A DNA stretch of 44,168 nt, the filler included, from Sphacelaria rigidula (taxonomy: Eukaryota): assembly GCA_964200075.2 (NCBI GenBank). It is 2 parts of 2 records of this genome, joined end to end, with 100 filler letters (N's around TTAATTAATTAA, not from the genome) between each part and the next. Parts side by side here need not be neighbours in the genome. Positions count along the whole stretch, not along the records: positions 1 to 22,035 come from CAXNAA020000363.1; positions 22,136 to 44,168 come from CAXNAA020000364.1. One strand, given 5' to 3'. The first letter of the stretch is position 1. Every line of letters begins with the position of its first letter. Positions 12,613-23,962 of the stretch are shown piece by piece. A program made the position numbers and the translations under genes. Under the pieces are notes generated by a model that worked only from the letters and a program-made list of their open reading frames with translations, searched no databases and had not been told where the DNA came from.

Positions 12613-12949
12613 TTTAGCTTGGGTTTATTCGAACAGCAGGCACGGTCGAGCGAAATGGATGCCTACACCATCTTGTGTGTTCACCAGCGCAGTACTGGAG
12701 CATGTTCCGATCCAGTCTTTTATCGCGCCGAAGTCCGTTTCGTATCAATTTGGTACAGTCGGTACGGTTCCTCCATCCGCCCCTGGATGGTACGTCTACC
12801 GGCTCTCTGGCTCAAGACAAGAATGCAATAAGTATATCACTCCTTCTTTCGTAACCTATGGGCATTTTCGATTTCTCTGCTGCTCATGGCTTGTTAGGAA
12901 AGGCGCAGCACCCGACGGCGTTTTCAGCCACTCGAGGTCGTTCGCTACG

Positions 12950-13047
12950 ATGGATCCCCTACTGCACTCTGGCCACTGGATACCTGCAGAGTACCACCGT
13001 TACAAGTTAACTCCGTGGACAGGGTGTTGGACTTGCTGTGGCGATAG
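12950..13047 (+). CDS. ARM gene exon 1
   Basis: ATG 12950; encodes MDPLLHSGHWIPAEYHRYKLTPWTGCWTCCGD; donor AG|gtgagt; phase 2 matches the 13506 acceptor. Confidence 0.75.
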
Positions 13048-16000
13048 GTGAGTGAGAACATAGTTGTGGGCAGGAGCAGGCTTCAATGAAGAGCTGCGCG
13101 GCAAAGTCTCCTTTTTACCCACAGGTCGAAGGCGTGGTAGAACGTCTGCTCGACCTCATCCGTTAGCGGAACACCGTCTGTCTACGTGCAACATTTTCCA
13201 ACACTACTCTCCGAAACATGGAGGCCAGCTGTAACCGACTGTGGTGATTCTTCACGGAGTACACACTATACGTAGCTGTTGCTGATTCGATGCGCTGTGC
13301 CGTCCAGAGGTAGTTTTCTATGAGAACGCCCTTCTAGCATCCCTGACTAGCTTTTGAATGTTCGTCCCATTGCATGGAATTTCTTGGTTTTTTGCATTGG
13401 CGTGGGAGACTGCAAGCACGGTATACCGATGTTGTCTAGGCCATATCCAGGTCGATTCTCAGAGCGGGTGTAAACCGTCGATGTTCGATCGTTGACGTAT
13501 CTCAGGTTAAAGTATACCACAAAGTGCGAAGGGTTTGATGCTCGAGCGAAACAACTCAAGGCCGATCACGAACGCGATATTGCAGTTCGAAAGGAGGTCA
13601 TCAGACAACAGTCAGCTGCGGAGTTTCGAGCACAATGGAGGGCGGCCAAGGATCATGATACTGCCGCTGAAATGCGCAATGGCGGGATACCTGCAGCTGT
13701 CAACAGTTCCAATTCAATCCTCACGGAAGAAGCGAAAGTCTCGCAAACACGCCCGTTTTCACGAAAAGCATGGGTTGATCGTCAAGCGAGGAGAAAAAAA
13801 GAAGAATCTGCGGTTGATGTCAATAATCGGCTGTCCGGTGAGACTTCGTCGCCGCAAAAACTGCTCGCGGTTCGTAGAGATCACGTGCGAAGCGTGATTC
13901 ACTTGGCGCTCTCCGACGCACGTTTTAACGCGTTTGTTGCGATCGATTCACTAGAAGGGCTACTGGCGGTGATCGCGGAAGCATTCGAGTCATCAGAGAT
14001 GAACACTCTCGTGAAAGGAATGCAAAGCGAAATATCAACCGTTGCAACCATGCACACTACCGATTCCAGTTCTTCCACAACCACCAAAAATGTGAAGGCA
14101 ATGAACAAGAGACACGACAGCGGAAATCTCCCATGGCCGTCGTCATTTAAACAAACAGGCGGTTGTCTTGATCAAACCGCCGAGCAGCAAGACATGGCCA
14201 CCTCGGCTTCAAGTTCAGCTGATCACGGACGTGGCCGGCAGGTGAGCAACAGCGGTGCAGGCCTGTGCCTCAGTCTTGGTGCCCTACCGGCTATCTTGGG
14301 GTGTCTACATCAGCACACAGGGCACGTCCAAATCGAAGGCCTTGCGATGAAGCTATTGCAAATATTCTCAGTGGATCCTATCACGACGAACGCGATCAAA
14401 GGAAACGCTGATGTAGCAGCAGTATGCGCAGCACGCATATGCCTCCCCGAAAAATTCCGCAGTGGTGGCATCCCAGCAGCGTCCGCCGACCCTAAAGGTG
14501 TATCCGACATCGCGGAGCAGGCGTGCACAGTCTTTGGCGGTGACGATGACGTACACGTAACCGACAGCGACGGCGGCGACGGAAACAACCGTAGCGCGGA
14601 CGTTTCTGGTACTGAGGACGAGCTCTGCACTGGTGCGAGGGAAACACTGGAAGAGACCACAACGTCCGCATACTCCGCATTGGCGAAAACATCGCGATCC
14701 AAGACATCGCGATCAAGCCAAAGAACTTCCCAATCTGTAGTCTCGGCCGCGAAAGTATTTTCAACCGCAGGAGTCACCGAGAAGCATGGAAACACCCAGG
14801 GTAGATTGTTCACGAACCCAATCGTCGCGGATGAGTCTTGCTACAGCGAGGAAGCAACAGGTTCTGTCCGACCAGGCATCCATGTTCATGCTTCCTCCGC
14901 ACGACGAATGGGCACGCTTATTGAAGAGAACGTTGGAACTAGTGTGGGTGTTCCCGTCATGTCCGCTTCGGTAGCAGCGGCCATGTTTGTTTTGTCGGTG
15001 GCAATCCAGGATAGCCCCAAGTGCCAGCGTCTGGTGCTCCGAGAACGTGGTCTTGCATCCGTGCTGGGGTGGCTACGCGGTGATCGGTGCAGCCAGCAGG
15101 GCACTGGTATCCTCCGCCTGGATGATCCCCGGGCAACCGAGAGCTGTTTGAGAATCCTGCAGGAGCTTACGAGGAATGGGGAGGAGCGGCAGCGAGTGAT
15201 GAACGGAGGTGGGGTCGAGGTGGCCCTATCGGCGATGGAGAAATTTAGGTATCGTAGTCATCTTGAAGACTGTTTGAGGAAAACGACGCACTGCTTTTTG
15301 GCACTGGGTTATTAAGATATCTGGGACAGGCTGAGATTTTCAGGTGCAGCAGTCGTCTTGTTGCCCCGGAAAGATTTTTACACACGAGTACGTTCCTTCT
15401 TCCGAGATTCTTGGATAATAAAACATCTGCGGTATTTCCACCTATCCTGCGGAAAGTCTCCTATTCAGGCCGACCCTTCGTTTCCCAGGGGTGCGCTGAC
15501 AGTAGTATGTATTCGAGAACCCTGCGACGGTGGGAATGCACCAGGAAATAGTAACAACAAAATTCCAAGTGGTCAACAATAGCCGTGCATCTAGGTAAAC
15601 AGCTCCAACGTATTCTCTTTGCGCACACCAGACCAATGTTTCCCAACACCTCGTTACTGCGTAATGACTGCTGTCATTGTCAGATGCATATTTCCACATC
15701 TCCAAGCACACTAGTTTGGGAGAAAATCAGGGAAAAGTTGTAGCTATGATGATGTCCGTATTCGATATGTTTTCGCCCGAATGTTCGTGTTTGGCGCAGG
15801 TCGGATCACGGCGTGCTGATCGCGGGGATGAGCTTACTCGTGCTGCTAGGCGAATTCTCCGAGGGACGACGCAGATTCCTGAATGTAAGTAGGCATGTAC
15901 GCTCTGTACAGGCGCATTTTCCTCCGCTATCGCGAGCAAGCCAGGGGCACTGACACTTCCAATGTGACTTCACGGAACTCGTGCCCAAACGCACCTCAGA

Positions 16001-19000
16001 AGGAAGATTGCGGTCCCTTTCCCCAGTCACTTTCGAACCAACGTAGTGGTCTCTAGTGGGAGTAGCAACGGTGCTCTGCTCGAAAAGTATGCGTGGCCAA
16101 TGGTCAAATGACTAAGGCAAGCGACTAATGAGTACGACCCCCGCGACGTGAATCGGGATTGACGCCGCTTATGCGGGGTCTGGAGAGGTTTCATGATGAA
16201 CGGTTTCGGAGGTATGGTATGTACTCTCTATATACGTATGCACGTGAAACTTCACACAGATATTCGTATCTTAGAGCTCCAATGCGGCGTGTTAGTCGGT
16301 CGGCTATACGGAAACATCATCGGAGTTTTGTGACGCAGAGCGAGAACTGCTAGCTCCCCCTTCCCCCTCCCCCACTGCTTCTAGTGTTGTTTTCATCGCT
16401 TGTCCAGGAAACCCTAGGCTCACTAACTCAGAAGGTGTCTAGATCGCTCTTTGCTTATTACGATATCATTGGTGAGGTACTGAGTGATCCCGTTTGACGC
16501 CAGACTCAATCAACACGGTACATCTTCAAACGTCAAACCTTAAACGCAAACCTTTACGCGAACACTTAGACAAGCTGTAATTAAGTAGCTTTTTAGGAGA
16601 ACGCTGCGCGCAATAGATCAGACCCGAGCTCTGCACCGGTGTTACATTACAGTGAGAAAATGGGCACACGGTTTTCCACACGCGTCATCGCTGGTCAGAG
16701 ATCTACCCTGTCTGATGTCTCTGTACTTATTCTTCTCTTGCAGGCGGGAGGGGTGACCGCAGTTTTCCTGGCGATGCAACGCCTGGTCGGGGAGGCAACG
16801 CTGCAAGTCAAGGGTACCGACATGTTACAAAAGTTGATTAACGAAGAGTCGCAGGTAAGGAAGGTGTGCCCTTGTGCGACGGCAGCATGAGAGCAAATCT
16901 CAGCTAGTAGTTTTGATACGTTTCCTTCTGGCCTACTTGCAGAGTTCGAGGATCACCGCTGTGACGACGTCAGCACATGCCCCGGTATCCCACGAGATCC
17001 TCACCAGCGTATCGTAGGCCCACGCCCCCCAACACTTGACGTTCTATCATTCGAGATGTCAAGAATAACACGCTCTACAACCTCATACACGTTAGCGACG
17101 CTTACACAGCTAACGCTGTGCAAACAGGAGACCCTCTGCAGCAGGAGACTACTGTGTCTCACAACAGTTCACGTCACAAAAAATAGTGCCATCGACGAGC
17201 ACAGCACGAGCTTCTCGACATGTTCCGAATTTCGTTTTCTGCAATATGTACCTGCACCATGTTTGCGACCCGACCAAGGCGCGGCTCGAGTTGGACGGAA
17301 TAAAGGGCGGATGGCAGTGGCTTTGTCAGGGCACCCCCGGTGGAAACGCACTCGTGCGCTACGCGCCCGGCGAGAAGCAGATCGTCGGGTACGACAAACG
17401 GTCATCTAGAGTTTCTTTGCCTTTGAGAATTGACGTGCTGTCAAAAGTCGCACCGAGCCATTTCACAAAACTGGACAACCTCCGAACTTCTACGTTTCAG
17501 CGGATGGAAGAAGTGGGTCTGTACGAAAGCACGCACGTGATGTGTACATATACAGTTTGTGTGTTGCCGTTGCGCCCCAGTAGTCTTCACCTAATTTTCT
17601 TCTTCTTCTTTACAATTATTTTTTCTTTTTTACTTGTCGCACTTCGAACCCCTCCCCTTCCTCAGGATGAGTCCGTGGTCTCAAGGGATCAACCTATCTC
17701 TCCGCCTGGTGGATATTAAACCCGGTTAGGGCGGAGTTGTTGAGGGTTCGAATCCCAGAAGACACTAATTGTTTTGAGGAGAATCTGATCCCCGTCGTCG
17801 TTGAAAATACGAGGACGTGGGTAGCACAAAACATTTGGAAAAATTGACCCGGTGGGGGAATGTTGATCCGATCCCCGACACCCAAATAATAGGCATGTCC
17901 AGGGGAAGGGATGGGTTGATGCCTTGTGCCTACGACTTCATTCCGAGGAAGGGAAAGGGTCGAAAGTATGAAGATCGCCTGCAAATGGATGAACGATGTT
18001 GCGGACTGTCGACTCTCGTTTCCGTGTCCTCGAAAATCTGGCCTCAAAAGCAAAGAACGCGTGTGCGAACCGTGTGGATGCCCCTCGCGTTTTTTTACGG
18101 CAATAACGGTGACTGGATTGAAAGGAAGCGTTCCGACCGCTATCACGAAGTTTTCAAATCCTGCCATGTGGATCGTTGCTATTACATTTCGTCGATATGT
18201 CAGTCTCGAAAAGTACCGCAGGTGCTTTCCACATGCAGTACCGCCGGACTTGTGGGCGGACATTACACTCGTACGACCGGGAGTATCGTAGGAGCAGACG
18301 GGATTAGCTAAGGTTTCTGCACCGACGGTGAACATTTGCCGCTGCATGTCCGCGAACGCACTTTGTGGTATTTATCCAGGTGGACCGTATCCCAAGAGCA
18401 GGGTATAACGACTAGCCAGGCTCTGGCAACGACGGCGGCCCCGGAATGGACATCTTGCAGCCTAGCCAGATTCATGGGGCGAGATCGGAATGGATCGTCA
18501 TATGTGAGCGTTCGAAGCAGCTTTATGCTACCTATACTTGAACGCTTTGTTTACAAGAAGGCGATGACGACTGAACTCCGGCAAAAGTCCCCTTTATTCG
18601 TTGCACGTACAAAAGATGATGACGACAGAACTCCAGCAAAAGTCCCCTTTATTTGTTGCAAAGCAACAGCACACCGATGAAAATCATTTCCATATATCTT
18701 TTTTACCGATTTACTGTTGCATGTAAGATATCCACACACATATGGCAAGTATCTAAATGAACTAGAATATGGTGCTACTCAGACTGGTGGTCGAAACGGG
18801 TACTGATCGAAAGCATGGGTTCACTACAGTGCAGTGCGAATTCATCCGGCTCTCGGGCCTCGTGGGCGATTCGCCCCGTAGACAAACGGGCACCTTCGCG
18901 CCCACCTTTAAGAACGGCTACCTCACGTCTTCCTGTACCTTTGGTGCAGAAGTCGACATTCGGACAAAACTCCCAAGTCCTAACCACGCCCGATAGTCCG

Positions 19001-20014
19001 GGCAAAGTGTATAGGTCAGCTTGCACTAATATTTCCTCCAGACGTTAGCTGATTTCCGTTTCCTAGTCGTGACAAGTTGAAATAATGACGCAATTCGTGG
19101 TAGCGGGTGGTGAACGATCGAAGGTGATGCATGGCCCCGCCTTCATGATCTGCCCCCGCCGTGTTTCAGCACGCCGGATCGACCCAGGAGTATTATTTCC
19201 GGGTGATAAAGGAAGCGGCACTTCTTCCCTACAGCTGTGAGGGAGTGGAGGAGTGGCGCCTAAGAACCAGGAGGTACCATCATAGACCACATATCATGTA
19301 CTATACATCACCCGTGACGACATACATCCTAATCCCCGGTATTCTCTGGATACAAGGCATCCAACCACGAAAAGGTCCCGATCCCGTTGATCGAAATGTG
19401 TTGACGAGACTTTTCTGACGGTAGAGCTTATGGGAACGAGGCTCCTGTAGTCTAGGATCGAGAAAAACGGGGTGGATTTCTCATATCACCCCGGGTGATA
19501 CCATCCGTATAATGACCTACGATACTTATACAGACAGAAGGCGAAGTGGCACGCAGTTTCCTGATTGGTCGAACCAATCTCCTCAGGAAACCCTGATTGG
19601 CCGATAGTGCTTGTGTCAACGGATGACGTCAACCGCGGCCCTTTGAAACGTACGCTGAGCAAGCTGTCAACCCCAGACTAAAAACCCAGACTGCCAAGTG
19701 GCCAGCAATCTGATGGGCAATGGTTATCCCGGCACAGTTGTAACATACGCGGTAAGGATTTAGTCTCACGCTTTTAAAGTCTACGGTGCTAGCGAGGCCG
19801 AAATTCGAAGAATTGTGTATCATCACCGGAGAACATATGCAGTATTGCGTATTGATCAGTCTTTTTGGCGTTACTTTGTATATCTACCTGCAGGTACGAG
19901 GAGGAGCATCATGTACGGGTCAACAGCATCATCAAGCGGAGAATCGCCAGAGACAACGCCAAGCACCACTCCTCAACCACGGGTTCCCCTACCGCCACCA
20001 GCATACCTTGCTGA
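12950..20014 (+). CDS. Armadillo(ARM)-repeat protein with an N-terminal Btk-like Cys/His zinc motif; 8 exons, about 831 aa
   Basis: Exons 12950-13047, 13506-15248, 15800-15884, 16744-16854, 17279-17388, 18380-18503, 19170-19273 and 19894-20014 join in frame (2496 nt, ATG to TGA) with canonical GT-AG sites. ARM-like segments: LGALPAILGCLHQH..VQIEGLAMKLLQIF, GGGVEVALSAMEKF..VLIAGMSLLVLL, AGGVTAVFLAMQRL..LQVKGTDMLQKL. Confidence 0.8.
13506..15248 (+). CDS. ARM gene exon 2 (bulk of ORF 13492-15315)
   Basis: ctcag|G..TTTAG|gtatcg; 1743-nt open frame. Confidence 0.88.
15800..15884 (+). CDS. ARM gene exon 3
   Basis: gcgcag|G..AAT|gtaagt; encodes SDHGVLIAGMSLLVLLGEFSEGRRRFLN. Confidence 0.8.
16744..16854 (+). 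CDS. ARM gene exon 4
   Basis: ttgcag|GCG..CAG|gtaagg; encodes AGGVTAVFLAMQRLVGEATLQVKGTDMLQKLINEESQ. Confidence 0.85.
17279..17388 (+). CDS. ARM gene exon 5
   Basis: accaag|GCG..GG|gtacga; encodes ARLELDGIKGGWQWLCQGTPGGNALVRYAPGEKQIV. Confidence 0.7.
17669..18335 (+). mobile_element. Putative tRNA-derived SINE-like insert in ARM gene intron 5
   Basis: A-box-like TGGTCTCAAGGG (~17676) and B-box GGTTCGAATCC (~17746), with a CTCCGCC/GGCGGAG stem between them. The 3' boundary is approximate. Confidence 0.35.
18380..18503 (+). CDS. ARM gene exon 6
   Basis: atccag|G..TAT|gtgag; encodes WTVSQEQGITTSQALATTAAPEWTSCSLARFMGRDRNGSSY. Confidence 0.65.
19170..19273 (+). CDS. ARM gene exon 7
   Basis: tttcag|CAC..AG|gtacca; encodes HAGSTQEYYFRVIKEAALLPYSCEGVEEWRLRTR. 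Confidence 0.7.
19894..20014 (+). CDS. ARM gene exon 8 (terminal)
   Basis: ctgcag|G; encodes YEEEHHVRVNSIIKRRIARDNAK..IPC, ending at TGA 20012-20014. Confidence 0.7.
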
Positions 20015-20725
20015 TCACCCGAATGACACGAGCATTTTTGCACCCCTCTGTGGACATCTGATACAATCAACACCGCTGGTGGCCCGTGGGAGCACTCAGT
20101 CACCCGCACCATTGTTGCGATCAGAACGCACCAAGTTCGTGTAGCGAAGCATCCAAGCATGCCACTAGCGTCCCGCGAGGCATCCCGATGCTCAAATGAC
20201 TGTTAGTTGTCTCCGTGTTGTTTTCCAGCATGGTGATCATCACAGCTGCTAGAAAACATACTAGCTTCGAAAATATTATAATGGCAAAGTGCTAGCTGAC
20301 CACGTGTGAAGTAGAACCAATTTTTATCAGTTTTCAATTAAATCTCGACGATTTGTTCGCCACAGAGATCGGGATACTCGAGACGATTCCCATTGGCGCG
20401 TTCAATACTGGATCAATCAACTTCGCCAATGCAGACAGATCCATCGACCGCATGAGTTCGCATCCTATGTGAGCCCGGTGACACTGCCCAACCCGTATGA
20501 GCCATACATATATAGATTGCCCTGTGCCCAGGGCGCTTCCAATTTCAATCTACATCGGTGTTTGTGACGTTGCGGTCTTGGATTGCAGAGGTGGAAACGG
20601 AGTGGTCTGGGCTGGGCCCTTGTTAGATAGAAGTGACTCTGAAATGAAGGTCTACCACACGCACCTGGGGTATGGTGATGTGTCGTTGCACGGAAGCGGA
20701 AAGTTGTGTTCAAGCATAAATCGTG

Positions 20726-21453
20726 TGTTCAGGGAGCGAACAGTTTACCCATTGAACCAGTGAGCGCTCACTGGTTCAATGGACAAACTGTTCGCTTCCT
20801 GAACAAAATATATGATGCGTGGCCCCTCCCGGCATGGCACATCAGTGATCTCCGGGACCGCTTGCCCCTCGCCAATCTCACTGTGCACATTTCAAATTCC
20901 CTCCTTCCACAATCGGGCATGCTGAGTCTCGAATCCGATATCGTTTGTGCAGGAAGCGGACATTTGACCATTGAGCCACCAGTGAGCGCTCAGTGGTTCA
21001 ATGGGTAAACTGTTCGCTTCCTGAGCAAAAGATATGCTGCGTGGTCCGTCCCGGCATGACACATCAGTACTCTCCGGGTTGCCCCTCGCCAGTCTCACTG
21101 TCCACATTTCAAATTCCTTCCTTTCACAATTGATCATACTGAGTCTCGAACCCCATATCGTTTGTGCAGGAAGCGAACATTTGACCGTTGAGCCACCAGT
21201 GAGCGCTCACTGCTGGCTCGATGGTCAACTATTCGCTTCCTGCTATGGGGTTCGAGACTCAGTATGATCAATTGTGAAAGGAAGGAATTTGAAATGTGGA
21301 CAGTGAGACTGGCGAGGGGCAACCCGGAGAGTACTGATGTGTCATGCCGGGACGGGCCACGCAGCATATCTTTTGCTCAGGAAGCGAACAGTTTACCCAT
21401 TGAACCAGTGAGCGCTCGCCGGTTCAATGGGCAAACTGTTCGCTTCCTGAACA
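20726..21453. mobile_element. Non-autonomous element with TGTTCAGG..CCTGAACA ends, 5-bp TSD (TCGTG) and four internal ~80-bp palindromes
   Basis: TCGTG at 20721-20725 and 21454-21458; palindrome centres (AGC|GCT) at 20765/6, 20987/8, 21204/5 and 21413/4; three ~215-bp modules in +,+,- orientation. Confidence 0.8.
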
Positions 21454-21988
21454 TCGTGTTCGTGTTATTGCCGTCGCCCTACATTCGCGAGGGCCCGCAG
21501 TAAGTCGGCGCTGGGACGCGAGCCGTTTTACGGCAAATTCCCACTAGGCCGTCCCGCACTAGTCCCAGCCACCACTCGTACCATGCCTGTTTTCAAGTAC
21601 ACGCATAGGACTTGCTTCCCGGTATGTCGTAGACTATAAGTTGCAAGCTACTGTTTCTCGGGCAGACAGGAGACAGCATCAAGCATCAAGCAGCTGCACG
21701 CTGGGCCGAGGGGCCCCATATCGGGAAATGACGGCACCCCCCCCCCCAGGTCGCCCGAATCTCATTCTGGGGCTGTAGGAGGGGAGGGGGGGGGACCCCG
21801 GGGTACCCTATTTGAGGAGGGGGGTACCCCCCTGATCGATGAATGATGGCGATAGTAGCTGCTATGTGTGCGCGCATTGGTCTTAGAACACACACAATAT
21901 ACAAAAAATATGGTGCTTGCTCAAGGGTCTGTCCAAAATATGTTTCGGGACACATAGGCCCTAACATCGAAAATTCGAGTTTTTAAGT

Positions 21989-22021
<33 letters not shown>
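21989..22021 (+). repeat. Poly-G tract at the contig end
   Basis: Homopolymer G run just before the N gap. Confidence 0.9.
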
Positions 22022-22022
<1 letters not shown>

Positions 22023-22035
22023 AACTAGAATCATG

Positions 22036-22135
22036 NNNNNNNNNNNNNNNNNNNNNNNNNNNNNNNNNNNNNNNNNNNNTTAATTAATTAANNNNNNNNN
22101 NNNNNNNNNNNNNNNNNNNNNNNNNNNNNNNNNNN
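22036..22135. other. Artificial scaffold/contig linker (44 N + TTAATTAATTAA + 44 N)
   Basis: Symmetric 100-nt spacer with a six-frame stop motif in the middle. Confidence 0.97.
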
Positions 22136-22304
22136 CTCAGCCAGTACAAGTAGTACTGCCAGTACAGGAATACTGCCAGTAGATACTGGTCCAGGACCCA
22201 ACCCTAAAAATTGAAAATTGAAGGTTGGCAACAAAAAGATGAAACGAAAAGAGGATATATGAATATGATACGGTCAAAAACGAATGAATGATACACGGTA
22301 GAGA

Positions 22305-22727
22305 AAGAAACGTTACACAGGCAGATAACGCGCCTACGCTCAAACATACGACGGGCCACCGTCAGGGTCACGTACACGATGACGTCACGCGTTACATGAT
22401 ACGTTACAAGGCCTCGAACACTGGTGAATGAGCCGCGGCATGCACAGAATGAAACGTTACGTTCGAACGTTACACGTGTCAACGCAACGTTATACTAGAC
22501 GTCACAAGTTACATGAAACGTCTCATATGGCGTTACATGTAACGTAACGCAAGGTTGACTTTTTTTTACGTGATGAACGTAACGTGAACATAACGTCAAA
22601 TTTTCAAATGAAACGTTAACGTAACGTTAATCTTTTTGCACGTCACATACTTCACGTAACGTGAACGTTAAAAACAAATTACGTGATGAACGTCACGTGA
22701 ACGTGAACGTGTAACATGTATATCCCT
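22305..22727. mobile_element. ACGT-motif-rich hAT-like MITE, partial copy
   Basis: Dense ACGTTAC/GTAACGT motifs ending in ..TGTATATCCCT, the same terminus as the 25079-25499 element. Confidence 0.6.
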
Positions 22728-23962
22728 TATTATTTTCTATACAAAAGTCATGTATTTCTGTAGAGTCGGTACACCGCCCTCAACACGTCGGGTGATGGAA
22801 TCGTGGTCCAACGCACATGGGAAGAATACACTAAATCATATGAGTGAATTACCGGACAGCTCCAACCCTACTTCCCTTTAACGCCAACGGGGGATGTGAA
22901 TGAGAATATTCATGTACACCCCCCATTGTACATCACTGTGGACCAGGCACGCGGTGTGTGGGTATGGATATTGAACCCCCACGGGAACTTCTTCGACCCG
23001 CGGCAATCCTGAAGAAAGATCTTCCGAATTTTTATACAAAAGTTTCTGTGCAGTCTAGTTCCGAGGTGAGGATCACGGACGTGCCCTCTTTCTTTCGTTC
23101 TCAGATCACTGAAAGTTACAGCAGTGCATGTTTCTCCGATGGAGTGGTTTTTCTCCACCTCACGAGAAATGTTGTTTCTCGAATACCGCGAACGATTTCG
23201 AATCTGTCCAGGAAGACTTTTCAGAAATAAAGTTTCTCGAAACCATGAACACGTTGGCAAATACTATTGTCGGGTGGTTGTATAGCCGCGGTCAATCATG
23301 GAGGAAAGTGATCTGGGAATGTGATTTTCTCGTCTCGAGAAAACGATCTATCGACCACCTCGCAAAACGCCTTTCGGTCGTTCGTGAGCTCGAGGATCTC
23401 GAGGGTTAAGTTGTGGGCGATGGGAGCAACAGTTCAAACCCTGTAGTACCTTTCGTTATATGGTGTGCTCATGCTTCGCTCCATTGTTCTCTGTACCTCC
23501 GTGTTGTTCTCTTGCGTACGTTCCGTTTTCGTCGTTGCGAACAGGAGATACCCGCCGCGCACCGCACCGCTGGAGCACCCCGCTGCATCAGCGCCCGCAG
23601 CAGCAGTGGCAACAGAAACCACATTCGAGCCGTCCGGCGATGCTGTTGTTCATCACTCAAAATTGAACAAGTTCTCGAGGGGTACTCTTTGTGTGGCGGA
23701 GCATATTGACGGGTGGGTGCCGTGCATAGATGACCAGGAAAACGAAAAAAAAGTCCGATTCTATGTGCAGAGCTAGTGCGGAAGGGTGGTGAATCGATCC
23801 TCCACGGGCATTTTGGGACCATTTCCCTTGTACAGCAGTAGTATCTATCCACCAGGTGTATAGGCCTCCAGCCGAATCCACGCCGTTCCCGGTCGCTTTT
23901 CCTCCATTTCTGATGCATATTGTAGATGTTTTCCCCCCCATTCTTTTCGCCTTCATTTCTTA

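Noticed and set aside
17669-17765. Functional tRNA gene
   Set aside because: A B-box is present, but there is no proper acceptor stem or 7-nt anticodon loop; treated as a SINE-like head.
17694-18347. Overlapping 217-, 164- and 121-aa ORFs
   Set aside because: Inside an intronic repeat-like segment, with no motifs or coding-like composition.
18574-18660. 32-bp direct repeat (aactcc.gcaaaagtcccctttatt.gttgca) in an ARM gene intron
   Set aside because: Only two copies; most likely a simple local duplication.
20726-21453. Palindromic repeats with intervening segments read as a CRISPR array or integron cassette array
   Set aside because: The intervening segments are copies of one another rather than unique spacers or genes, and the context is eukaryotic. 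ORFs 21034-21267, 21134-21367, 20892-21137 and 21264-21503 are mirror artefacts of the inverted repeat.
22198-22210. CCCTAAA telomere-like unit near the contig start
   Set aside because: Single unit only; no tandem telomeric array.
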